A DNA stretch of 64,000 nucleotides from Eubacteriales bacterium (GCA_045632285.1 JAZQWJ010000051.1:7955-71954); one strand, 5' to 3'. Numbered from the stretch's first letter, positions 28,224 through 36,184 are shown. The notes: generated by a model not told the origin, from the letters alone. Translations and numbers: made by a program.

Positions 28224-28943
28224 TTATTTTTGGTCGTTGCGGTGCAGGTCTGCACGCAGGAATTTTATGGCTCGCTCTACGCTGTCCTTGGAGTTTTTCC
28301 AGGGCTCCTTGTCGTAGCGATAGTCAAATTTTTTGCAGAACCAGCTGACATCCTCGGAAAGGGTATCCAGATAGTCCTTTACAACTCTTTCGGTGAGCTT
28401 GCAAAACTCGGGCAGCTTCTTTTTGGAAAGGCGCGCAGCGGCCTTTTCTAAAAGCAGCCGATAGTGGGGGAGGCAGAAATAGGGCTGCTCTTGCATTTTT
28501 TTGATGAAATTTTCATCGGTGTCGTATAGCAGCACAACGGTTTCGGCCATGTGCTGAAAGTGGAAATCAATGCGGCCGCACACGTAGCAAGAGCCTTCCA
28601 GCGTACCAATGCGCTTGGCGGGCTTTTGGTCGGGCCGCCCTGTCAGCGAGCTGAGCAGACCCTTGGAGAGATCGCCCTTCAGCTCGTTTAAATGACTTTC
28701 CAGCGTCAGCGCCATACCAAGGCGGTTTTTGCGCACAAACATCATATCGTAATGGGTGCGGCAAAAGCCCAGCTTGTTGGTTTTGATGCGGACGTCAGGC
28801 TCCATCATAGAAGCGCCCAATATCAGCTCCAGCTCATCATTTTCCAGCTTATTGTAAAGTGCACACATGGGGCAGCCGCAGCTTTTATCGGCAGCCGACC
28901 GTTCAAAGGCCTCGTTTACGGGTATGGTATAGATCTGTTCCAT
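28224..28943 (-). CDS. Cysteine-rich protein of unknown function (possibly DUF6062-like)
   Basis: 239 aa. First gene of the minus-strand string. Cys clusters CGCPMC...FCRTH and CYVCG...FCLPH suggest two metal-binding knuckles. AAGGAGGG RBS. Confidence 0.6.
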   Translation of the reverse strand: MEQIYTIPVNEAFERSAADKSCGCPMCALYNKLENDELELILGASMMEPDVRIKTNKLGFCRTHYDMMFVRKNRLGMALTLESHLNELKGDLSKGLLSSLTGRPDQKPAKRIGTLEGSCYVCGRIDFHFQHMAETVVLLYDTDENFIKKMQEQPYFCLPHYRLLLEKAAARLSKKKLPEFCKLTERVVKDYLDTLSEDVSWFCKKFDYRYDKEPWKNSKDSVERAIKFLRADLHRNDQK

Positions 28944-29113
28944 CCAAAGCCCTCCTTAAAACAATATACAACACTATTATAACTACTTTATTATAATATT
29001 GCAAGTAAAAAATGGGAATTTTCCGCAAAAATACAAAGTGTGTGCCGTATTGCAGCGCTTGGCTTGACGCATACTGATATTGCAAACAAAACGCGGGAGG
29101 GGGGAATTTTGCA

Positions 29114-29296
29114 ATGACAAGAAAAATGATGGCGGCAACAGGGCTTTTTGGCGCCATTGCTGTGGCGGGTGCTGTAGGGCTTTTGATGGGAACGGGCAGC
29201 AACGGGACGAGAAAAGCCGTAAAAAAGGCTTCTAAGGCGGTGCATCACGTGGGAGAGCGGATGCAGGACGTGGCGCACGCAATGCTGAAAAAATAA
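29114..29296 (+). CDS. Small membrane-anchored hypothetical protein
   Basis: 60 aa. One glycine/alanine-rich TM helix followed by a lysine-rich tail. GGGAGGGGGG RBS-like run upstream. Followed by a terminator. Confidence 0.5.
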   Translation: MTRKMMAATGLFGAIAVAGAVGLLMGTGSNGTRKAVKKASKAVHHVGERMQDVAHAMLKK

Positions 29297-29301
29297 CAAA
29301 A

Positions 29302-29336
29302 AGGGGGGTCGGGGCGGCTTGTCCCGACCTCTTTTT
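29302..29336 (+). terminator. Rho-independent terminator
   Basis: GGTCGGG...CCCGACC stem followed by TCTTTTT. Confidence 0.7.
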
Positions 29337-29408
29337 GCGACTGTTCATATTTTAGAAACAAATACGGTGTAAAATAATTGAAATGACCGAATCAAAAGGG
29401 AGCATCTT

Positions 29409-30200
29409 ATGGGAAAATTTGACGGCATTTTGCTCTGCACCGATTTTGATATGACCTTGGCCGAAAAGGCCGTGATTTCGCCCGAAAACGCAGCAGCCAT
29501 CCGCTATTTTCAAGAGAACGGCGGCCGCTTTACCGTGATCAGCGGGCGCAACCCCTATTTTTTGACCGAGCACTTGGGAAAGGTGCGGGTCAACGCCCCT
29601 TTGGTGGGATATAACGGTGCTTTAATTTTGGACGAAAGTGCCGCAACGGTGCTGTATTCCGGGGGGAGACACGATCTGGATGCCCTTGATTTCGCAGAAA
29701 AATTTTGGAATAAGGACACCCGTATTTTCAGCATCGTTCCCCATGACGAGCGGCTGTTTTTGGGCGCTTGCAAAAGAGAGCCTCAGCCCGACTGCGTGCT
29801 GACGGTAGACGAGCTGCGCACAAAATGCAAGGGCTTTTTACACAACGTGATCTGCAGTTTTCAGCGTACGGAGGATGCCATTGCCGTGCGGGACGAGATG
29901 ATTGCCGCCGCGGGGGATAAGTTCGTGATCCTGCGTAGCTGGGAGCGGGGCGTGGAGATCATCAGTCCGTGGGATCAGAAGGGCGTTGCCGCCCGACGTG
30001 TGAAGGAGATGGTGGGCGCCAAGACCTTGGTCTGTGCGGGAGATTTTGAAAATGATATTTCAATGATCGAGGTTGCCGATATCGGCTACGCCGTGGCAAA
30101 CGCCGTGCCCGAGGTCAAGGCGGTGGCCGACCGCATGACGGTGGATTATCGCGAGCACGCGATGGTTGCCATTATCCAAGAATTAGAAGAAAATTTGTAA
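29409..30200 (+). CDS. HAD-IIB (Cof-type) phosphatase
   Basis: LLCTDFDMTL (DxD motif I), GDFENDISM (motif IV) and a cap-domain layout. Confidence 0.8.
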   Translation: MGKFDGILLCTDFDMTLAEKAVISPENAAAIRYFQENGGRFTVISGRNPYFLTEHLGKVRVNAPLVGYNGALILDESAATVLYSGGRHDLDALDFAEKFWNKDTRIFSIVPHDERLFLGACKREPQPDCVLTVDELRTKCKGFLHNVICSFQRTEDAIAVRDEMIAAAGDKFVILRSWERGVEIISPWDQKGVAARRVKEMVGAKTLVCAGDFENDISMIEVADIGYAVANAVPEVKAVADRMTVDYREHAMVAIIQELEENL

Positions 30201-30208
30201 CATGTCGC

Positions 30209-30256
30209 AAAAACAGGCCTGCGTGTCACGAAAATCGTGACACGCAGGCCTGTTTT
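30209..30256. terminator. Bidirectional terminator
   Basis: 18-bp perfect stem ACAGGCCTGCGTGTCACG / CGTGACACGCAGGCCTGT with flanking A5 and T6. Confidence 0.9.
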
Positions 30257-31003
30257 TTATCTGCGGCCGCGGCTGCCGCCGGAAAAGCCGCCACCGCCCG
30301 AACTGCTGCCGCCCGAGCTGTTGCTTTGTACCCGCACGCGGGTGACGTAGCTGCCCACAAAGAGATCCCGATGCTCGGTCAGGTTCAGCGTGGCATAGCG
30401 ATCAAGCGGATAGCTGACACCGTGCCGCTTTTTGCGGTAGAACAAAAAGACACACAGCACCGTGATGCCGCCGATCAGCACGCCGCCGATCACGCCTGCG
30501 ATCAGGGCGGGCCAGGGAAATGCGTTTTGCCGCGCGATCTCCTTTGCGATCACCTGTTGACAAAGGCCGAAAAAGCTTTCACAGCCCTCGTAAAGATCGC
30601 CGCGCTTGATGTTGCGGTAAACGCTGTCGGCATCCAAAATGTCATCCACGTCCCTATCGGAAAACAGGTCGTCGGCACCGTTAAAGGTGAACATCTCATA
30701 ATAGTAGGTGGTGCCCGTACTGTCGATGACCAGTACAACGGCGCTTTTTTCACCAATGGCACAAACAGAATGCACGCGAGAGGCGCTCATTTGCACAGTG
30801 GCGGTGACCAGATAAAAGGAGACACCGTGGGTGTCTTCACCCCGCATCGATCCTAACCGTATCTCCTCCTCAGCGGTGAAAAATCCCGCACTGTCGTAGA
30901 CCGTAACGTTGTAGGGGAGTACGACCTTTGCTTGTGCCGCAGTGGGGGGAAACAGGGTAAGCAAAAGAAGTAGAATGGGGAACAAAACAATGGTTTTTTT
31001 CAT
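30257..31003 (-). CDS. TPM-domain membrane protein (YdjH/UPF0603-like)
   Basis: Signal peptide MKKTIVLFPILLLLLTLF...AQA, a TPM-like ectodomain, one TM helix, and a glycine/serine-rich tail SSGGSSSGGGGFSGGSRGRR typical of TPM proteins. Confidence 0.7.
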   Translation of the reverse strand: MKKTIVLFPILLLLLTLFPPTAAQAKVVLPYNVTVYDSAGFFTAEEEIRLGSMRGEDTHGVSFYLVTATVQMSASRVHSVCAIGEKSAVVLVIDSTGTTYYYEMFTFNGADDLFSDRDVDDILDADSVYRNIKRGDLYEGCESFFGLCQQVIAKEIARQNAFPWPALIAGVIGGVLIGGITVLCVFLFYRKKRHGVSYPLDRYATLNLTEHRDLFVGSYVTRVRVQSNSSGGSSSGGGGFSGGSRGRR

Positions 31004-31015
31004 ACCGTTACCCCC

Positions 31016-32116
31016 TTAAATCAGCAAAGCGGTCAGCAAGCCAATGGCGGCACCCGACAGGGCCGCAACGGCAGAGCCGAGGATGGCCAGCTTGCCCGCG
31101 CTAACGGGCACGCGCCCATAGACCTTGCCGGTATAGCCGTTCATGGCAAAGGTATAGGTCTTGCCGCCGCGGTTGTAATTCAGCAGCCAGATGGGCATCA
31201 GCGTGTAATCCCAGTGGATGCGACCGGTCAGCAGTCGGGGCGGATTGGGGATCACGGTGGTGTATCCGCCAATGGTGTTGCGCAGCAGTGTTTCGCTGTA
31301 GCTTTGCATACGGCGGCGGACCGCCTCACGCACGGCCTCCTTATCGATGTTGCGTTTTTTGGCAAGAAAGCCCGATAGATAGGCCATAGAAAAATCCTGC
31401 AGAGAGTCGGAGGGGTAGGGCAGAATGCCGTCCAGCATATCCCGATCCTCCTCGGTGATGGCGGGGGTGACGATATCCTCAAAGTGAATATCTCCGCTGC
31501 GATAAATATGAAATTTCGAGGTCTCGGTATAGCGATAGTCTCCCACGCGCCAAGAGCGGACGCGGGTGGCTCTGGCGCTCATTGATGCGGTGGTATCGGC
31601 ATCGGTCACCCAAAAGGGATAATAAATGCCGGTGATACGCTCCAATTGGGCGGTGCTTGTAAAGTCGCGGGGCAAAAACCACTTTTTCTTGGCAAATTTC
31701 AAAAATTCAGCCGAGGCACTCTCGTGGTCAAAGCGGAAGGGGATCACCTTATGGGGGCGCATCTGCCCCGCCAGTCGTCCGCCCAAAATGATGGGGTTGT
31801 GGCAATAGGGGCAGTGGGTCGCGGCGGTGTTTTCGTCACAGGTGACGTCGGCACCGCAAGAGGCGCAATGGTATTCGGTCATTTGCGCGCAATAGTCCTC
31901 GTCGGGGATCTCCGCAGCCTCTGCGGCGGCCTCTGCGGCGGCAGCGGCCGCTTCCTCGGCCAAGCGGGCACTTTCGGTAGCCTTAAGCTCGGCATTGGTA
32001 AACTCAGAAAGACAAAATTCACAGCAAAATTTCTGCTTTTGCGGGTCAAAGGAAAGGCCTGCAGAGCAGTTGGGGCATTGATACGTAACAGCGGCTGTTG
32101 TGTTCATAGAGGTCAA
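31016..32116 (-). CDS. Double zinc-ribbon membrane-anchored protein (YdjG-like)
   Basis: CPNC...CEFC and CASC...CPYC ribbons separated by an alanine/glutamate-rich linker. C-terminal TM helix. The TTG start at 32116 overlaps the upstream stop; an alternative ATG is at 32107. Confidence 0.65.
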   Translation of the reverse strand: MTSMNTTAAVTYQCPNCSAGLSFDPQKQKFCCEFCLSEFTNAELKATESARLAEEAAAAAAEAAAEAAEIPDEDYCAQMTEYHCASCGADVTCDENTAATHCPYCHNPIILGGRLAGQMRPHKVIPFRFDHESASAEFLKFAKKKWFLPRDFTSTAQLERITGIYYPFWVTDADTTASMSARATRVRSWRVGDYRYTETSKFHIYRSGDIHFEDIVTPAITEEDRDMLDGILPYPSDSLQDFSMAYLSGFLAKKRNIDKEAVREAVRRRMQSYSETLLRNTIGGYTTVIPNPPRLLTGRIHWDYTLMPIWLLNYNRGGKTYTFAMNGYTGKVYGRVPVSAGKLAILGSAVAALSGAAIGLLTALLI

Positions 32117-33378
32117 TTTCTCTTACGGCCGCATTCGTTGCAGAACTTACCGGTGTTTTTTGCGCCGCACTCCGGGCAGAACCAGCCGTCACTTTCGGGG
32201 CGCTTGGTGCCGCATTCCTGGCAGAACTTGCCGGTGCTTTGCTTACCGCAGCCGGGGCAGATCCAAGCGCCGACGGGCTCCGGCTTTTTGTTGCCGCACT
32301 CCTGACAGAATTTTCCGGTATTTTGGGCGCCGCAGGCGCAGATCCATCCGTCTGTGGGCTTTGCGGCCTGCTGCTGTTGCTGTTGCATTTGCGCACGGTT
32401 GGTCTCGGAAAATGCGCCAAAGCCACCCATTGCGTTCATACCCATGCCCATGCCAACAAAGGTGTTGGCGCCGCCGTTCGGGTTGCTGCCCGCAGCCTCA
32501 AAGCCGCGCGCCATAGCACCCTGTACATAGCCCTCGCGTACGGTGGCATCGCCCAACATAGCGCCCTGATTGCGCATATTGATCAGCTTTTTGGATTCCT
32601 CGTCATAAGAAACGCTGGCTATACCAACCGACAGGATCTCAAAGCCGCGAAGCGACTTAAAGCCCTCGTCAAGCTCGGTGGCCATATACTGCGACAGCTC
32701 GCGGGATCTGCTGGGAACGTGGGAAATTCTGATACCGTCTGCCGACATTTTATTGATGGCGGCCTGAAACGCCTCTAAAAATTCCGCGAGATATTGCTCG
32801 TTGATCGCGTTGATCTCAACGCGATCGGCGTCGCGGGGAATGGCCTCGGCATAGAATTTCAGCGGGTCGGTGATCTTGATGGAATAGGTGCCGAAGGCGC
32901 GCAAGAAAAGCTCTGCATTGTAGAAGTTGTCAAAGTAATTGACGGGGGTACGGGTGCCGAATTTGATGCCCTTGATCTCTTGCAGGTTGATAAAGAACGC
33001 CTTTTGAGAGGTGGAGGGTACGCCGCCGTATTTGATGCGGCCAAAGGTCTCTTTCAGCGAGGCACCAAACTGCCCCGCAAACAGCGAGGGCATAGCAGAG
33101 TTATCCACCTTATAGTAGCCGGGCTCGGCGGTAAAGTCCACCACCTTGCCGCCGTCCACAAGCAGCATAAACTGGTTGTCGTAAACGTGGATGATCGAGC
33201 CGTTGGAGATGGTGTCGGCCGTGCCCTTTTTGTTGTTGTTGCGCTTGTCGCCCGGGCGCACCTTTACACCCTTTGTAAAGACGACGCCCTCGCCCATACG
33301 GTCGGCCTCAAGCACCTCCTGCCAAGAGTCGGCAAGACCGCCGCCCATGCTTTGAAATACAGCTTTGATGATGCCCAT
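32113..33378 (-). CDS. SPFH/band-7 domain protein (YdjI / COG4260 virion-core-like) with three C-terminal zinc ribbons
   Basis: Start MGIIKAVFQSMGGGLADSWQE with an AAGGAG RBS. Q-rich linker (QMQQQQQQ), then three W-x-C-x2-CG-x4-GKFC-x-ECG modules. Confidence 0.75.
   Translation of the reverse strand: MGIIKAVFQSMGGGLADSWQEVLEADRMGEGVVFTKGVKVRPGDKRNNNKKGTADTISNGSIIHVYDNQFMLLVDGGKVVDFTAEPGYYKVDNSAMPSLFAGQFGASLKETFGRIKYGGVPSTSQKAFFINLQEIKGIKFGTRTPVNYFDNFYNAELFLRAFGTYSIKITDPLKFYAEAIPRDADRVEINAINEQYLAEFLEAFQAAINKMSADGIRISHVPSRSRELSQYMATELDEGFKSLRGFEILSVGIASVSYDEESKKLINMRNQGAMLGDATVREGYVQGAMARGFEAAGSNPNGGANTFVGMGMGMNAMGGFGAFSETNRAQMQQQQQQAAKPTDGWICACGAQNTGKFCQECGNKKPEPVGAWICPGCGKQSTGKFCQECGTKRPESDGWFCPECGAKNTGKFCNECGRKRN
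32116..32352 (-). repeat. Three tandem ~80-90-bp coding repeats (zinc-ribbon modules)
   Basis: CCGCATTCGTTGCAGAACTTACCGGTG..., CCGCATTCCTGGCAGAACTTGCCGGTG... and CCGCACTCCTGACAGAATTTTCCGGTA... This repeat accounts for the cluster of overlapping spurious ORFs in the track here. Confidence 0.85.
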
Positions 33379-33442
33379 TTTAAGATTCTCCTTTATGTGA
33401 TGTCGCAAAAAGGCAGATACGTGCCTTGATTTTGCGCAAATT

Positions 33443-33746
33443 TTAAAAAAGACTGCCTGTGCCCCAAGGCACAAGCAGTCACTTTGTCATGATGCCCCTT
33501 AGGGGCGCACCGAGGTGCGATTATGCAAACCCGCCGAGCCGTGTAACCGGTACCGAGAACCCTGTTTTAAACAAGGCGGTGCCCTGCCGCTCGCTTTACT
33601 GCTCCCAGCATCCTTGACCCCTGTCCGAGACAAGTCGATCGTAACAGGGAAGGGAGGTCTGCAAACCACGCGCGGACTCTATCCGGGCTCCAATTTCTGC
33701 GTGTAGGCTCCACTAACTCGATTATCACGCACTAAGCAGGCGTTTT
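33443..33746 (-). ncRNA. Unclassified structured non-coding region ending in a strong intrinsic terminator (candidate sRNA, long 3' UTR or cis-regulatory leader)
   Basis: About 300 nt with no plausible ORF between the DUF1292 stop (33747) and the SPFH operon. Minus-strand hairpins include CCCTGT...ACAGGG nested in CTCCC...GGGAG, GCAC-CTCG-GTGC, GCCCC-TAA-GGGGC and the palindrome CGGTACCG. It ends with a 13-bp imperfect stem GACTGCTTGTGCC / GGCACAGGCAGTC (one mismatch), then T6 (33443-33480). Confidence 0.45.
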
Positions 33747-34061
33747 TTACTTTTTGGGGGGCTCGGCGTCGTAGTCGATCTCTGCGGTCAGCAGGTCGTC
33801 GAAATAGTCGGCAATATCGTCGAACTCATCGTCGTCGTCAATGGTGACAAGGTTCTCTTCACCGTTTTCGACCACGGCCTTGAGAATGACGTATTCGCAG
33901 ATCTCGTCGTTGTCGTCCTCCTCGGCGGCAGCGGGGATCATAGCGTAATAGGTCGTGCCGTTCTTTTCGCAGGTGGCGATCAGCTCAAACTCGTGCTCGT
34001 TGCCCTCTTCATCCTGCAGGGTGTAGATCTCGACCTCGTTTTCTTTCATTTTTTCATCCAT
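33747..34061 (-). CDS. DUF1292 family acidic protein
   Basis: 104 aa. The pattern YTLQDEEGNEHEFELIA...GTTYYAMIP...EYVILK is typical of DUF1292. Very acidic C-terminus. Confidence 0.7.
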   Translation of the reverse strand: MDEKMKENEVEIYTLQDEEGNEHEFELIATCEKNGTTYYAMIPAAAEEDDNDEICEYVILKAVVENGEENLVTIDDDDEFDDIADYFDDLLTAEIDYDAEPPKK

Positions 34062-34195
34062 TTTATGTTACCTCATTCACCGCCGCAGCGGCCTCTCGTT
34101 GGGGTGGGAAGGCAGGATGCCTCCCTCGTGTATTATTGTACCCCATTTTTTGCAACTTGTCAAGCATTTTTCAAAAAGGAAAGAAATTCGGGTGC

Positions 34196-34224
34196 TTGCA
34201 TTTTGTGCCGCTTGGTGTTATAAT
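34196..34224 (+). promoter_or_regulatory. Sigma-A promoter with extended -10
   Basis: TTGCAT, 17 nt, TGT-TATAAT. Confidence 0.65.
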
Positions 34225-34250
34225 ATGAAAAAAACTACCGGAGGTCAACC

Positions 34251-35132
34251 ATGAAACTATCAACCTCACATTGGCTCCATATGAAGGATCCCGCAACGGG
34301 AGAGGACTATTCTCCGCTAAAGACTATGACCGATCTCAAGGTCGCCGGATATGATTCGGTGGATGCCAATCTTTGGTCGCTGTGCGGTTGCGGAAAGCCG
34401 ATGTCGTGTGATGGATGGGAGCGTGTGGTAGAGGAGATCGGCGCTGCCGCTGCCGCAGCGCAGCTGCCCGTTTGGCAGACCCACGGAGACACCTATAGCG
34501 GAACCGAATGGGATGATCCCGCCTTTTCCTATCATGCCGGGCGGCACGAGAACATTTTGCGCTGTATCGAGGGATCGCGGCGTTTGGGGGCCGACTGCAT
34601 GGTGATGCATCCCTTCAATCTGGCGCACGCGCCCCTGTATTCGCAAAAGGACAATCGCGATGCCTGCATTGCCTATCTTGCACCCTATATCGAGGCTGCC
34701 AAAAGGGCAGGCTTGCGGATCGCGGTGGAGAATATGATCGACTTTGGGCGACGTCATCGCCGTTATTGCGCGGGTGATATTTACGAGCTGATCGATCTGG
34801 TGGATACCATCAACGATCCCGCTGTCGGCATCTGTATCGATACCGGGCACGCCAACATTTCGGGTATGGATCCCGCCGCCGCCATCCGTGCCGCGGGCAA
34901 GCGCCTATATGCGATCCACGTCAACGACAACGATTCCAAGGCGGGTATGGATCAGCACCTGGCCCCCTTTTTTGGGGATATCGATTGGCCCAACGTGATG
35001 CACGCCCTGCGCGAGATCGGCTATGCGGGCCATTTTACCTATGAGCTGAAGCCGCAACGCGTACCCGGCCCCGCACGCGCGGATTGGTTGCGGTATACCG
35101 TAGAGATCGGCAGATATCTGCTTTCGTTGTAA
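34251..35132 (+). CDS. Sugar phosphate isomerase/epimerase (xylose-isomerase-like TIM barrel)
   Basis: 293 aa. Motifs MVMHPF, AVENM, DTGHAN, HVNDN and YEL, which are the metal-ligand positions of the family. A different subfamily from the four paralogs at 42-47 kb. Confidence 0.75.
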   Translation: MKLSTSHWLHMKDPATGEDYSPLKTMTDLKVAGYDSVDANLWSLCGCGKPMSCDGWERVVEEIGAAAAAAQLPVWQTHGDTYSGTEWDDPAFSYHAGRHENILRCIEGSRRLGADCMVMHPFNLAHAPLYSQKDNRDACIAYLAPYIEAAKRAGLRIAVENMIDFGRRHRRYCAGDIYELIDLVDTINDPAVGICIDTGHANISGMDPAAAIRAAGKRLYAIHVNDNDSKAGMDQHLAPFFGDIDWPNVMHALREIGYAGHFTYELKPQRVPGPARADWLRYTVEIGRYLLSL

Positions 35133-35146
35133 CAAAACGGCTCTGT

Positions 35147-35180
35147 AAAAGGAGCGGTACCGATTGGTGCCGCTCCTTTT
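35147..35180 (+). terminator. Rho-independent terminator
   Basis: AAAAGGAGCGG / CCGCTCCTTTT stem including the T-run. Confidence 0.75.
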
Positions 35181-35244
35181 GCGGTTAAAAACGCAAAACC
35201 AAAGTAAAAACAACAAAAACAAAGAGAATTGTGGCAAAAAACGC

Positions 35245-35273
35245 TTGACAATCATACATAAATGTGGTATGAT
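35245..35273 (+). promoter_or_regulatory. Sigma-A promoter with extended -10 for rhaD and the DeoR gene
   Basis: TTGACA, 17 nt, TGG-TATGAT. About 95 nt of 5' UTR containing the palindrome CCCGATCGGG. Confidence 0.7.
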
Positions 35274-35368
35274 GTGGTCGTACAAAGGAAACGCGTATCA
35301 AACGGCGCTTTCCCGATCGGGTCTGTTTTCGGCAGATCTCAAATTTTAACTTATCAAAGGAGAACAAC

Positions 35369-36184
35369 ATGATGAAAGACATTTTTCAGGCACCGTTTAT
35401 CGTAGAAATGGGTGAGACTACGGCCAACATGTACAGACAGGGCTGGGACGAGAGAAACGGCGGCAATATCAGCTATATGCTGGAGGAGGAAGAGGTTGCC
35501 GAATATCTGGATCTCAGCAAGGTGATCAGAACGATCCCCACCGGCTTTGACGCAACCAAGCTGGCCGGCAAGATCTTTTTGGTAACGGGCACCGGCAAAT
35601 ACTTTAAAAACGTACAAAAGGATCCCGAAACCAACCTTGGCATCGTCAGGATCTCTGCAGACGGCACCACGGCAGAGCTGCTTTGGGGCTATAAGGACGG
35701 TGGCAAGTTCACCTCTGAGTTTCCCGCACATATGATGAGCCATATCGCAAGACTTGAGCAGGATCCCAACCACAGAGTTGTGGCGCACTCTCATCCCACC
35801 TACACGATCGCAATGAACACGGTCTGCTCTACCGATGAGAGAGACTTTACCCACAAGCTGTGGCAGTCTAATACCGAGTGTGTCGTTGTTTTCCCCGACG
35901 GCGTAGGCGTGCTGCCCTGTATGGTATGCGGAACCGAGGAGATCGGCATTGCAACGGCCGAAAAGATGAAGTCTCACCGCATCGTGGTATGGACGAACCA
36001 CGGCATCTACGGTACAGGCAAGAATCTTGACGAGGCATTTGGCTTGATCGAGACCGTGGAAAAGACCGCACAGATCTATATGCTTGCACTGGGACATGTT
36101 GTCAACGTGATCCCCGACGAGGTGATCAAGGGTCTTGCAGATCTTTGGAACCTGAAGATGATGGAAGGCGTTATCAAGGAGTGA
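35369..36184 (+). CDS. rhaD: Rhamnulose-1-phosphate aldolase (class II aldolase)
   Basis: Collinear with E. coli RhaD as I remember it: GWDERNGGN, VTGTGKYFKNVQ, SEFPAHM, ECVVVFPDGVGVLP, TEEIG. Confidence 0.8.
   Translation: MMKDIFQAPFIVEMGETTANMYRQGWDERNGGNISYMLEEEEVAEYLDLSKVIRTIPTGFDATKLAGKIFLVTGTGKYFKNVQKDPETNLGIVRISADGTTAELLWGYKDGGKFTSEFPAHMMSHIARLEQDPNHRVVAHSHPTYTIAMNTVCSTDERDFTHKLWQSNTECVVVFPDGVGVLPCMVCGTEEIGIATAEKMKSHRIVVWTNHGIYGTGKNLDEAFGLIETVEKTAQIYMLALGHVVNVIPDEVIKGLADLWNLKMMEGVIKE

Noticed and set aside
31646-32516. Several overlapping 120-220-aa ORFs on both strands (31646-32305, 32046-32426, 32100-32516, 32239-32778) as possible repeat proteins.
   Set aside because: They are alternative-frame readings of the triplicated zinc-ribbon coding repeat and the GC-rich linker of the SPFH gene. 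Their sequences are R/P/G/A-rich nonsense without RBSs.
33443-33746. Assignment of the structured region to SRP RNA, RNase P RNA, tmRNA, 6S RNA, a T-box or a known riboswitch.
   Set aside because: The minus strand has a segment (GGGAGCAGUAAAGCGAGCGGCAGGG) loosely like the region after SRP helix 8, and a CCCUGU...ACAGGG helix like the Bacillus Alu domain. But the invariant GGAA-tetraloop and GGAAGCAGC helix-8 motif is absent. The plus strand has UCCGGGCUCCA, like RNase P CR-I, but lacks GAGGAAAG and the other conserved regions, and the region is too short. There is no tRNA-like 3' end for tmRNA, and no T-box AGAGA or GGUGGUACCGCG sequence in the right position. It is left unclassified.
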